A DNA stretch of 38,757 bases, taken from Octopus bimaculoides. Its lineage: Eukaryota. The notes below the pieces were generated by a model. It did no database searches. It had not been told where the DNA came from and worked only from the letters and a program-made list of their open reading frames with translations. The DNA is taken from positions 125,735,916-125,774,672 of the forward strand of contig NC_068981.1 of the NCBI RefSeq assembly GCF_001194135.2, in the 5' to 3' direction. Below are positions 1 to 11,730 of this stretch, in pieces; position 1 is the first letter of the stretch, and every line of letters starts with the position of its first letter. Position numbers and translations under genes: made by a program.

Positions 1-259
1 TATGTATATAAATAGAGGTATATGTATATATATGTATATAAATAGAGGTATATGTATATATATGTATATAAATAGAGGTATATGTATATATATGTATATA
101 AATAGAGGTATATGTATATATATGTATATAAATAGAGGTATATGTATATATATATATATATATGTGTATATAAATAGAGGTATATGTAATATGTATATAT
201 ATATATATGTATATAAATACAGGTATATGTATATATGTATATAAATAGAGGTATATGTA

Positions 260-308
<49 letters not shown>

Positions 309-600
309 AATAGAGGTATATGTATATATATATATGTATATAAATAGAGGTATATGTAATATGTATATATATATATTTATATATGTATATAAATAGAGGT
401 ATATGTAATATGTATATATATATATTTATATATGTATATAAATAGAGGTATATGTATATATATATATATGTATATAAATAGAGGTATATGTAATATGTAT
501 AGGTATATGTATATATATATATATGTATATAAATAGAGGTATATGTAATATGTACACATATATATACACATATATACATGCATACATATATATTTAATTT
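1..600. repeat. TA-rich minisatellite, initial unit 30 bp (TATGTATATA-AATAGAGGTA-TATGTATATA), later units variable
   Basis: AATAGAGG core recurs about every 30-45 bp within (TA)n/(TATG)n; the array runs off the window start. Confidence 0.95.
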
Positions 601-812
601 GCTTTGCGGGAAAGACTGTTTCAACGAAGTCACGTATTGTCCTTGCCTTCGAAACATGGAGTAGCTGAAACAGGGACAACTGACGAAGGGGTATACTCTT
701 TATGTTGCATGTCTCATTTCTCTGTTTGTTTTTTTTTTCGTTGTTCGAAAAGAATTTGTTTTCTATGTTTTCGTTTCTCATTGTGCTTAACGTTTTTTTG
801 ATGTCCTGTACC
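601..812. repeat. CpG-containing interspersed repeat of unknown class between microsatellites
   Basis: Abrupt change from TA repeats to CpG-bearing sequence with a T-rich 3' half; resembles an octopus interspersed repeat from memory only. Confidence 0.4.
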
Positions 813-953
813 CATATATGCATGTATGTATACATATAGATGTAGGTATGTACTTATATGTATGGATATATGCATATATTTATATATTATTTATATTATT
901 ATTATATATATACATACATACATATCCAAACATTTACACACACACACATATAT

Positions 954-1008
<55 letters not shown>
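813..1008. repeat. Compound (TATG)/(TA)/(CA)n microsatellite
   Basis: Direct reading; pure CA run at about 955-1000. Confidence 0.95.
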
Positions 1009-1316
1009 GGTGCAGGTGTGGCTGTGTGGTAAGAAATCTGGTTCCAAAACACATGGTGCTGGGTTCAGTCCAACTGTGTGGTAACTTGACATGTGTCTTC
1101 TGCTATAGCCTCAGACCAACCAAAGCCTTGTGAGTGGGTTTTGTAGACAGAAACTGAAAGAAATCTATCGTATATATATATATATAAGTGTATGTATGTG
1201 TCTTTGTGTCCATGTTTCTCCCTCATCACTGCTTGACAACTGCTGTTGGTTTGTTTACATCCCCATAACTTACTGGTTTGACAAAAAGAGACTGATAGAA
1301 TAAGTACCAGGCTTAT
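1009..1316 (+). mobile_element. tRNA-derived SINE with CORE-like domain and internal (TA)n, family A, 3'-truncated
   Basis: A-box-like GGCTGTGTGGTAAG and B-box-like GGGTTCAGTCC; alignable by eye to copies at 17057-17283 and 37912-38226. Confidence 0.85.
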
Positions 1317-1324
1317 CAAAATCA

Positions 1325-1544
1325 GCTTTGCAGGTGTAAATTCCATAGTTGTTATAGAATTTGATGTCAGAGGTGGTGGAGATGGTACATTTTGGTTTCC
1401 AACAGTAAAAATACCTGCATAGCATTCAGCAATGAGTTCTGCACATTCTTTGGGATCATCAGTAATCTGGCTTGTGTGGGGATTGCAAAGAGGACCAACT
1501 GGAGAGTGAGGTCTCTGCTTTGAATGTGCATATTTCCAGAACAT
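1325..1544 (-). mobile_element. CR1/L2-group LINE ORF2 fragment (endonuclease-RT linker)
   Basis: ORF 1065..1544(-) begins FWKYAHSKQR..VGPL..ITDDPKECAELIAECYAGIFT, matching the FWKY..SK..GPL..D..KAE.LN..F..VFT linker pattern. Confidence 0.75.
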
Positions 1545-1589
1545 GAATATATATGTATGTATGTGTGTATTTGTTTGCTTTTACTGGCT

Positions 1590-2160
1590 TTCTCTTCAGA
1601 ATCGTTTCTGATGAAGTAGGAAGTTGGACAGAGCTGCTCTTCTTTGTGTAGTGCCATTGGATTGCATTAAGTTTTGCTGTTAGTTTAACACTTTGGACAA
1701 CCACAATCAGGAGCAGTATTCTTGGTGACTGAGAACAGAACAAATATTCTCCACAGCAGTAACATTCTTTTTCCTGTTTCTGAAAGATCTCAGAATCTGA
1801 CCAGCAACACACCTGATACAGTATTGTCATCCTGGTAATATGCACTAGAATGTTGCATCATTACTCATGTGGATTCACAGGTCATACATCAGCTCTGACT
1901 CTAGGATTTTGTGTATTCCAATTGCAATCTGTTTGTGGCCTGATAGTCAACTGCTTGATACTTCTCAGCATTGAATTGCATTTTATTTTTATTAGCCCAC
2001 TTATATATTGCTTTCAGTTCTCTCTATGGTTTTAGGGGCTTTGACTACTTATAATACTTTTATATCATCAGCATTGCTGGTAAGAATTATTGACTGTATG
2101 ACCAAGGGCATATCTGAGAGAGCTATCACAGGAATAGTGAGTGACAGTACAGAAAGTTGG
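1590..2160 (-). mobile_element. CR1-like LINE RT C-terminal fragment
   Basis: Minus strand translates LSDMPLVIQSIILTSNADDIKV (YADD box), IYKWANKNKMQFNAEK, GQILRSF, KLNAIQWHYTKK, with stops and frameshifts. Confidence 0.85.
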
Positions 2161-2619
2161 TGTTTCCTCAGAGAGAGAGAGAGAGATTGCCATTGGCTGT
2201 AACTGTATGACTTCTAGCTTTCATGATTACATATGTACAGGTGTTGGATAAAATAATGGAAACACCTAGCATCATAGCATCATAATTTTGAAAACTTGTT
2301 TATTTTTATGTTTTTTGATTTATTATTAGTGTTGCTTAATATGTTCTACTATAATTGCTGCTATAATAGTATTTGCCTCGGTCATTTGCAAGTCTTTGTG
2401 TTCAACATAGATTAATTACATTATACAAGATTATTCATGAATACAAATATATATAAATGTATACTAATGTATACAGCATGTGACACACACCTACATTTTG
2501 TGGGTGTATGTGCACATGGGTCTTATAATCTGTAGGGTTTCTACAGGTTTTGAATGAATATTAGTCTATTCAGTCATAGACAATTCCAACAACAATAACA
2601 AGAACTAGAGAATACTCCA

Positions 2620-2745
2620 ATTCTCCAGAAGGAAGTCAAAGAGACAGTTTGCATGCTCAAAGATAGAAAATTTCCAGGAACTCTTAAAACATGGCAGACC
2701 AAAGCTTATCAAGACCCTAACAGTTACCTGTCAGAAGATATGAAA
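2620..2745 (+). mobile_element. RTE-clade LINE fragment (RT N-terminal region)
   Basis: TPILQKEVKETVCMLKDRKFP..ELLKHGRPKLIKTLTVTCQKI resembles RTE PPIL.EEV..A...LK.GK.PG...ELLK.GG......C.KIW. Confidence 0.7.
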
Positions 2746-2999
2746 GGAGATATGTGCTTGGATACTGGTGTACTGCACTGTGATTATAAATGCTAGAGCT
2801 TCCACCATCAGTACTTCCTACCACCACAGAGGGTTTAGCACAAGGTTTGCCACATCCAACTTATTACATATAAACACACACATACATGTACATGTCCACA
2901 GATGATTTTAAGATTGGACTTCCACCCCATCCTCACTTTCCACTTCCTTCCCTGCACATATCAACCCCAGTTGATATACACTGCCTTTGTCTCAATTAC

Positions 3000-3173
3000 T
3001 CTTGAAAATAATGAAATGAAGAAATTTGTAAATATTAATTGTTAAACTGGTATTTGGAATATATATTAGCATGAAATTTTCATGAAAGGTTTTAATTTAG
3101 ATCACTTTTAAATAGTGAATTTCTGTCATGGAACTAGGGACAATCTCAGGAGAGTTGATATCAAAGGGATTAA
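3000..3173. mobile_element. End of a TTAA-terminated non-autonomous DNA element (piggyBac-like end)
   Basis: Ends GATATCAAAGGGATTAA, a variant of ...AAAGGGTTAA; the family assignment is recalled, not verified. Confidence 0.45.
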
Positions 3174-3299
3174 ATGCTTGTTTTTCTAGGATCTTCCATA
3201 CATACATGCATACATACATAACACACACACACACACACACACACACGACTGCATATCTTTTCCCTTACCACTCTAAGGAGTAGACCTTTATTTCTTTTA

Positions 3300-3740
3300 G
3301 CCCTTCCCTTACCTCATCTGTTGTACCGAGACAGTACATCTTGATGTAACAGTATAGGACTGCCTTGAGTTCTTCAGTTAATTTGACACTGTGTGGTGAT
3401 CATAATTGAGAGCATTTAGCAAAGTGGCAATAAGAGTTTTCTCTACAGGACTATTGTAGTTTCCATATTTTTCTGATTCTGAGTGATTTCATAATCCAAC
3501 CAGCCAGTTGCCTGCACATGGTTGCCATCTTATTAATCTGAATATGGATTGTTGCATTATTACTCATTACTCATGTGGATTCTCAGATCAATCACTGCTT
3601 TGTACTTCATGATTGCAATAATCTCTGGTCTTTTGTTTTCTGACTGCTATCTGTTTGTGGTTGATAGCTGAATGCTTAAAACTTTTCAGCATTGAACTGC
3701 ATGTTATTTACTTTAGCCCACTTATATATTATATTCAGGT
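3300..3740 (-). mobile_element. Second CR1-like RT C-terminal fragment
   Basis: IYKWAKVNNMQFNAEKF, MCRQLAGWIMKS, CSQL*SP; visibly homologous to 1850-2035. Confidence 0.85.
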
Positions 3741-3745
3741 TTCAA

Positions 3746-3958
3746 GCTGGCAAAATCATTAACACACAGGACAAAATACTTAGCAGCATTTCTTCTGGTT
3801 TCACATTCTGAATTCAAATACTGCCAAATTCGACTTTTCTTTTCATCCTTTCATGGTCAATAAAATGGATACCAGTTCAGCACTGCGGTTGATGTAATTG
3901 ACTAGCCCTCTCCCCACAAATTTCAGGCCTGGTACCTATAGTAGAAAGGATTATTATT
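3746..3958 (+). mobile_element. tRNA-derived SINE family B (Meta/MESC-like central domain, ATT tail)
   Basis: B-box-like TGAATTCAAATAC, core TTTCATCCTTTC..GGTCAATAAAAT..TACCAG, tail GTAGAAAGGATTATTATT. Confidence 0.8.
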
Positions 3959-3961
3959 GAG

Positions 3962-4080
3962 GTTCTTAAGGTTGTGAGCTGGTAGAATTATTAGCACACT
4001 GGACAAAATACTTAGTGACATATCTTTTGGCTTCATGTTCTGTGTTCCAATTCTGCTGAGGTTGATTTTCCTTTCATCAA
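3962..4080 (+). mobile_element. SINE family B, 5' part
   Basis: GAGCTGGTAGAATTATTAGCAC head followed by the GAGGTTGATTTTCCTTTCATC core. Confidence 0.7.
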
Positions 4081-4149
4081 CTGGCTGATCAGACCTCTGC
4101 TGCTATGCCTAGTAGCATGTGCTTCACTCCTGACACACTAGAAAGAGTT

Positions 4150-4560
4150 AAACATGCGACTGGCACCATTGTTTTAGGTATATTCCTCCACATTCCACAC
4201 ATAGCAAAAACTTCATGCTCCACCAACTGGCTCGTTCATAGCTGCACTCCAGCAGTTCAAGCTTTGTAAGAGCACCATCCAAACCATGAAGGAAGCCTCT
4301 ATGTATTACACAACCTTCAAGCTCTCTCACCTCCCAAATTTCAGATCCTGTGTTAAAAGATCTCTGATGTTTTCGAATTCTCTTTTCCGTCACTTCTCAA
4401 ATAAGATGATGCTGTGAACAGTGAACAGTATTTCTGTGGAGAAACACCTCTACTTTGCTGCCTGTTTTGCATCCAACTCCACACTGCACATATTTAGTAA
4501 ATCTCCTCCAAATCTATCCTTCAGAACTCCACCAGGCTTACTACCTTGCATACATGCATA
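4150..4560 (+). mobile_element. Highly decayed LINE RT C-terminal remnant (possible)
   Basis: Only weak motif resemblance to Jockey/CR1-group C-termini. Confidence 0.3.
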
Positions 4561-4671
4561 CAAAATGTGAATACACCTCTTGTTGCTTCAAAGCAACAAG
4601 GTTACTGGCTCAGACAATGTCCTATAATCAGAGCAGGCCTTGTGCCTGTAGTAGAAAAGATTATTGTCCAG

Positions 4672-4950
4672 GTTTTTGACTGCCTGTTATAATTGTATCA
4701 TTAGCCTAGCTGGTGAGAGTGGTTGACTCTATGTCTAAGGACATGTCTGAGAGAGTAGCCAAAACTAGCTATGGTCTCAGGGCTATTTCCTGAGGGGCTC
4801 TGCTTAAAGTTGATGTCACCTAGGAGAGAGCATTCTTGGCTACAGTTGTGTAACAACTATTTGTCAAATGTCATGCATCCATCTAGTGTCATGCAGTTTG
4901 TGATATATCATTCTTTGATCAACTTTATTAAAGGCCTTTTTTATTTCTGT
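4672..4950 (-). mobile_element. CR1-like RT core fragment
   Basis: Decayed GVPQG box followed by LSDMSLDIESTTLTS*ANDT (YADD); homologous to 2040-2140. Confidence 0.8.
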
Positions 4951-7345
4951 ACTTTTATTGGTTTTGTTCTTATGATAATCTGTATATATTATTCAAGAGA
5001 ATATATCCTTTCTTATCTTTGATTAAGAGGCATTAAATAACATTGCTATTTATGAAAACATTGCCATTGAGTGTTTTTTTTTTTTTGTTAACTTCATTTT
5101 TAAGTATCAAGCATTTGTACCCAACCAAAGCATTAAAGATTATTTATCACATGCTTCAACCAGCAGAGAGGAATTCCTTTGATACTTTTTCTCTGTGATA
5201 ATCACTTTCATATTGTGTGTTATTGATAATAATCATCTGCAATAAAAGTATGAAATAATCCAATGAGATAATCCTTTACTAAGATCAGATGTTAAATATA
5301 ATCTTAAAAATTAAGCTAAATATTTATTCTCATAAATTAGAATAATTCTTTTGGAAAAAATTATTTCAATTTATTACATGATAACTTGTCCTTTCTTTGA
5401 GTGTCAAAACTGAATGTTCTTGAGTTATTTGATAAAATCAGATACATACATCATATCTTGAATGCTGTAAGGTGGGGCGGGGTTAACTAATTAACTATTT
5501 TGATTAGGAATATAATGATATTACTACATCTGATTAGCATTATGCTAGGTAGTCTAAGAATATTTATACACGAAGAAGCAGTTGCCACTTGGAAATTCTT
5601 GTTCATGTTTAAGGAAATGGTAAAATACAATTATCGTGAAAGATTAAATAAAGCAATAAATGATTCAGATGCAAAAGGAAAATTCACCCTTTGTGTTAGA
5701 CATAATAAGAATTGAAAGAAAAACACGAACTTCCTTTATCATGAACTTTTTTTATGTTTTATGACAGCATAAACGTGATAGTTCCTATGTACGTGACTTA
5801 ATGCAAAACAAAATCCTAGTCTTCTGATGCTTTTTATTCACATTAGCACATTACCAATTTTCTGCAGCAACCACTTGCAATTTATTTCAAAAATAAATAG
5901 ATTAAAAATACTCAAATTTTGTTAAAATTTATTCTGAGAAACTAAATATTTTGTTCAAATTTGTGCTGAAATAAATTCAAGTTTTATTTTCAAAAGTGAA
6001 CCAGTCAGATTTATTAAATGTATTAATTATATTATGAATTAGTAACTAAATATTGAGTTTTCTATTCATTTTCATACCTCAAAGCCAGTTACAGCATTTC
6101 AGTAACAGCAGAACATTTATGTCTCTTAATGAAACCTAATTTTATATTAAAGATTTTGTGATTAGGTTTTAAATAATTTTTCACTCATTACACATCATCT
6201 TTGATGTCATGCTCCCTTCATTTGATTTAAAACAACACACATAAGTAATTCTTCATCTTCCATGTATATATAATTATTTAGACTGAATTGAAGAAATAGA
6301 ACTAAAGTGTTGCCAGTTGAATAAATAATTAAAGAATACAAATGCATAGATATTCTGGAAGAAACAATGCTTTATGGATAGGCAATTCTTTCTTAGAAGG
6401 AAGACATTGACTTCCAGTAAAAAAAGTATTGATAAAAATATGTTCGATTTTATTGTTGAATCTATTGAAAAAGACTTCTTTGAATGATATTTTTTATCAC
6501 TATAATGTCTGATACTCTGCTAGCTCAAGCCTTAATAAAACATATCTGTATATGCATGTTTTTCCCTAAAGTGAAAATGCAGTTCTACCATGATAGATTT
6601 ATTCAAGGGAATTTTGTCATGTAAATATATCTCTAATTACCTGTAAATGTTAATTGTTGGTTGTAAACCTCATGATTTTCTTCTTTTCTTTGTTGTGTTA
6701 AATGAATGAGAATTGTTAGTTATAGTTCATAAAAACTTCCCAGCCTAGAAAAGTTAGATTAGAGAGCTAAAAAAAAGTGTTAAAGCTTTTGGAAGAACAT
6801 TTGTAGTTTGGGAAAATGTTTGCTTTGTAGAATGAAACCCCCGCTATTTTGGGGGCAAATTAAGGATGGCAAGGGGAGAAGTAAGTGCATTGGATAAACA
6901 TAGAAGATGCAATATAGATTGCTGGCTCAGAAGTATTGAAGCCAGCACAGTAGTACTAAAGAAGGTAGTAACTAAAGAGAAGTAACTGTACATCAATAAG
7001 ACAGTATAAAAGTTGATTATAAAAATATTCTTTATTTTAATTTTTTTGTTTATATTTTTTTCTAATGACCTTCTTTTCCATGTGTTCTAGAATGCTGGCA
7101 TGCATAGAAACAGTAACAACTTCAATAAAGCTTTGTTTTGGCTGCATAGTTAGGACCAGTGATAAAAATGCTTTTTACTACATGTTAGCAAATTAACCTC
7201 TTTATAACTATATTTCTATCAAGTATACACTATCTATATGTTTCAATTTATTTTAAAAAATACAAAAATAACTAACTTTATTGGTGTATTAATCTGGTTC
7301 TTGAATACAACTCATAAAAATGTTCTTGCTCAGTACTTCAGCACT

Positions 7346-7556
7346 TTAATATTTAAACTGGCCATATCTGGCCAAAATAATCTACCTTTTTTATCTTCAA
7401 ATTGGCCATATCTTGCCTCTTACACCTACCCTACAATGTCATTCTAAAAATAAACAATCACATCTCATAGTTACAAGGTAATGCATGACTAATTCAAATT
7501 AGTGTGAATAAATAGACATTACATTTGGCAGAGAAAGCTGAATGCTGAAGGGTTAA
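7346..7556. mobile_element. TTAA-terminated MITE-like element (piggyBac-like end), left end eroded
   Basis: Ends GAATGCTGAAGGGTTAA; internal repeated GGCCATATCT. Confidence 0.55.
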
Positions 7557-8369
7557 TATAACTTTTAGCTTCTTCAGTCTTCTATTATAATTTATGTAAT
7601 GATTTCTAACATTGGAATAAGACTATACATTTTGAAGGAGGATATAGTCAATAGTAATTCAATGTCTGTGCTCAACTTATAGACTACAAAAGCTTTTTCA
7701 TGACTTGGAAATTGACAAAAATTCATGAAAAAATATGACTGAGGAAGATTTGGATGGTAGTAAATTAATAAGAAAAAGAAGTGGTGGTAGTGAGAGGTAG
7801 GGTGGATTGGGTGACAATAAGGATAGTTACCAGTAGAAGGGAAAACAAATAAGCAGAAAAGGAAAGCATCAAGGTGAACAGAATGAATAAGTGAAAAGAA
7901 GAGAGAGGTTTATATTTTAAAACTTAAATTTTATTCATGTGGATGCATGTGTTTGTGGGGTATATAAATTTTAAGTTTGTGACTGTTTTATCAGAATATA
8001 CCACATTTGACAGTGTTTGTCTGAAAGTGTTAGTGTTGTAAATTTTTGCCAGCATACTTGTTGGAATGTGTCTTTGTTAGTTTATGTGTTTATCATCAAT
8101 TTGTGGAAGTTCATATTTTGGTGTGCACATATGTATGTGTGTGTCTATGTATTTGTTTTCATTGATATGTGTATATGTGTTTAAACTGATGTAGAAGTAC
8201 ATTTGTACATCATGCATGTTAGATTTTGCTAGTATGTATCTGTATTTATTTTTGTTGAGTGCATATATACTTCTTTGTTTTCATCATATTTGTGTATGTG
8301 TAATTAGAACAATTTAATTTTTGTGCATAGTCATACTACACTGCCAGCCTTTCTTTGATATATACCACT

Positions 8370-8760
8370 TTTATCACCAGATTATCAGATGTTGTTATAC
8401 ACCGCTGGTTACAATGTACTTCCATTCTTCCTTGAGTGCACCCTTCTTTTCCATTTTGGCCTAAATTGTTTGACTAAGTCATCTTCCCATTGTCATGGAG
8501 GCTTTTTCTGATCTCTTGGATACCACTCAGCAACTGCACAAATTTGCCTGTTGTCTGTGAGCCTTGCAACATGTCCAGCCCAGCAGAACTTGTGCTTTTG
8601 ATATTTTTTTATATTCTCATTCGCTCTGCTCCGTCCTTGCATTACCTCGCTTTGGGTATTGCTCTTGCCATGGATCTTTCCATAGTCCTTTGCATCATAG
8701 TCAATTGATGTTCTCTGCTCTTCATAGTAACCCACATCTCACTTGCATTTCCACATCTCA
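8370..8760 (-). mobile_element. RTE-clade LINE 3' fragment
   Basis: ORF 8493..8735(-) KFCWAGHVARLTDNR..VAEWYPRDQKKPP followed by QWEDDL, the hallmark RTE C-terminus WAGHV.R...RW....W.P...KR..GRP..W.D. Confidence 0.9.
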
Positions 8761-9369
8761 CTTGCATTTAAGAATGCAGGTAGGATGGTGCCATTGAATA
8801 GACTGGCATGTAGGGTCTTGTCCAGCTCTACTTAGAGATCATGAAATGTGTAAAAAATATGTTTGGATATGACATTACTTGAAGGTTGTAGGTTTTCCCA
8901 TATAAGGAAAAATCAAAAGAAAGCAGAAAGCTTTTTTCATAATTAGGGTTTTTCATCCACAGTTCTATTTCTCTATAAAACCTTTTCTTGGGCTTAAAAA
9001 AGTAAATATAAATCAAATATTGTATGTATCTTCTCACTATAAAAAATGTGGTTGGCATGTTATCCTTACCTAATTTTAGAATAGGTTATATATGAAATTA
9101 TAAAACTGATTATATTTGTACTCTGAAGTAGAAATTTTTTATTACACCTGTTATGCAAATAAAGTTGTCCTACATATTTTGTTCATCTTTTAGATATGAC
9201 AAATATTGCTAAGGTGTGGTTAAACAGAATAAATGATGTTGCTGCTAAAACAGACAAACCAGTAAACAAGTATAGTTCTTAACTGTTGTGGATTATGTTC
9301 AATATTTAAACATCCCCTTTGTTTATCTAGTAACAGCAGTTAGTGGGGGTGGTTATATCAATTGCAGCA

Positions 9370-9485
9370 ATAACATTAATGATAAATACAGTGATAATGA
9401 CTACAACAATAATGATAGTGGTAGTGGTAGTGATTGTAGTGGTGATGATGATGGTTTGTGGCAATGTCAATGATGATGATAACAA
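9370..9485. repeat. Mixed trinucleotide microsatellite (AAT/GAT/GGT)
   Basis: Direct reading. Confidence 0.85.
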
Positions 9486-9794
9486 GTCTTTGTATGTGCT
9501 TTCAAACAGAATCAATATTTTTTCTTCCATTTTGGATATGCTAGCATAATACAGGGTATAAATAATTGGATACCAAACAAGATACAGATGATGCTTAGAA
9601 AAGCATAAAATATGAGAAACCTATGAGTAGAGGAAAAGTCATTATGTATTAAAGAAGCTACATATGAAAAATACTGCACTGGACATTATACTTTTGTGCA
9701 GTATTTTATTTATATTTTTGTGTGTGCTGTTAATTATTTTTTTTAATCACAAAGCCCTAACAAAAATACAAAGAACTGGTTTTCTAAATAAAGA

Positions 9795-9960
9795 GAAGTG
9801 ACAAATTGGCAGGGTTGTTAGGACACCAGATAGAATATTTTGCTGTGTTTATTCAGATATTTTGCACTGAGTTCATTTCCTACTGAGGTGAACTTTGTCT
9901 TCCAGCTTTTCGTTGGGGTCAGCAATCAACGTACCAGTCTAAGGTTGTGGATTGGAGGAA
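9795..9960 (+). mobile_element. SINE family B, diverged
   Basis: GAGTTCATTTCCTACTGAGGTGAACTTTGTCTTCCAGCTTTTCG..GGTC..GTACCAG. Confidence 0.65.
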
Positions 9961-9974
9961 TTATGAGAGCATCA

Positions 9975-10560
9975 GATGTTATAGCTTGCAGTATCTGTTT
10001 CAGCTAACTCTGTGCATTCTGAGTTGAAATACTTGCATTCTGTCACCAGACATAAAAAAGTGACTCTTCTATCAGGATTTGTTGATTGCTGGATAGCATC
10101 AGCAATAGAAAAACTAATGCACATAGTTTCCTTGAGTTCAATTGGAAGGCAGGTTGTTACTATCACAACACCAAATATTGAGATAAATTTTTTTCTGAAA
10201 TACTCTCAACTTTTTCTATCTACTCTTCGATCATCAATATGTGTTCTCTTTCTGTTTCCTACTAATTTTACACTTAACTTTGTTCTTTTGAATCTGGTAA
10301 CTCTATGTCACTTCTCACTTAAGTTCATTCAGTGCTCTTCCTACACATGTATATGCCAAACTCAGTAGTTGGTGCTTCTTATCTAGACCAGCATTGTGTA
10401 GAACAACTTGCTTGTCTACTTTTATCTCCATCTCCTATCTTAGATCACTTGAAACTGAATATTCATTATCTCTTTCATATTCAGCCAATACATTTACTGT
10501 ACATAATTACCTAATAAGAAAACTTTACTGATCTCTGCAAACTGTTGGGAAATATACTGA
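9975..10560 (-). mobile_element. Possible decayed LINE ORF1 (CR1/L2 type)
   Basis: Purine-rich minus strand with KKFISIFGV and KQILQA segments resembling RRNNIIIFGV and IL.KA ORF1 motifs. Confidence 0.35.
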
Positions 10561-11129
10561 CAGCATCCTCCCCATTACTCTCAATCATTACTCTTCTGAG
10601 TTATTTCATATATATGAGTACACAAGCAACTCATCAAAGTTAAAATCTTTTTTAAAAGGTCTAACCCGACTTAGAAGGAAACATGTAACATTGTATTATG
10701 TTCCTTAAAAAGAGGAATGTCTCTGGTCATGTAATATATTAACCTGTCATACACATTTCCATCATTTCTAAAATGATAGTGTCACACATAACCACATTTG
10801 TTTTTCTTTTCAGTCTCTTTGTTGTTATGGTCATTCTCAATAGTTTTGAAGAATCAGATCAGCTGAAGATTTGCTCTCCTATGTCACACATCGGACCCTG
10901 ATCTCTGAGAGTCAACAAAAATGTTATTGAGGATTTTGACATTGTTGCCTCCTTCTTTTTGTCCCCCACACACCGTATTTTGTGCTAAAAAAAAATAAAG
11001 CAACACTCCTTAAACAACACCAGTTCTTACATTGGTGTAAACACACACACACATACACACACATATATGTATGTATGTGTGTGTACACACACACACAATG
11101 TATATACATACAATATTTTGATTATTTTT

Positions 11130-11260
11130 TGTCTACCTAATTCTACTTTCAAGCAATTGATTACCCTGAAGATATAGAAGAATTCTACTGTCATACAGTA
11201 GAATTTAACCTGGAACCATGCTGTTGAGAAGCAAACTTATAAGCTACACAGCCTTGTCTC
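11130..11260 (-). mobile_element. SINE family A, diverged 5' part
   Basis: Reverse complement matches the head of 1009-1150 (GGAACCATG, GAAGCAAAC, CACAGCC). Confidence 0.6.
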
Positions 11261-11374
11261 TTAATATAATATTTTTTTCAAAGTCATTCATTTACAGATG
11301 TGCATACTAAATCTTGATCATATCAGTCTGAGAGAACTAGCAGAAATAAAAGACATCTCCCATTACTTCCAAAT

Positions 11375-11375
11375 A

Positions 11376-11413
<38 letters not shown>
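11375..11413. repeat. (TAA)n microsatellite
   Basis: Direct reading. Confidence 0.95.
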
Positions 11414-11415
<2 letters not shown>

Positions 11416-11639
11416 TAATTTGTTTTAAAAAGTTTTTTTCTGTTATCCATCTTCTGTTTTAGAAATGTCTAACACTACTTTGGATACTTCCTCTTCCCTG
11501 CAGACAAGCAAATATGGAAATAAAAATTGTATTTCCATTGGTAGTGTGCTATTTTTATTTGAAAGACTTCATTTATATTTTGTTATTAAATATAGACAAG
11601 GTGATAGATTGATAAAATCACTAAGTTGAAAAACAAAAT

Positions 11640-11730
11640 GTCATTTGGTATTTAATTTCCTAGTCTCTTTATATTCTGAGTTCAAATACCACTGGAAATA
11701 ACTTTGCCTTTCATCCTCCGTGGGGTTTAA
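11640..11730 (+). mobile_element. SINE family B, 5' fragment
   Basis: TTCTGAGTTCAAATACC..TTTGCCTTTCATCCTCCGTGGGG. Confidence 0.65.

Noticed and set aside
2-1133. His/Thr-, Tyr/Ile- and Val/Cys-rich ORFs here and at 17879-18372, 22346-22554, 29109-29721 and 38185-38497
   Set aside because: They are translations of microsatellites with no coding signature.
6630-6660. Minus-strand TTTACAG|GTAATT resembling a recursive splice site
   Set aside because: Short pyrimidine tract, no host gene identified, and expected by chance in AT-rich DNA.
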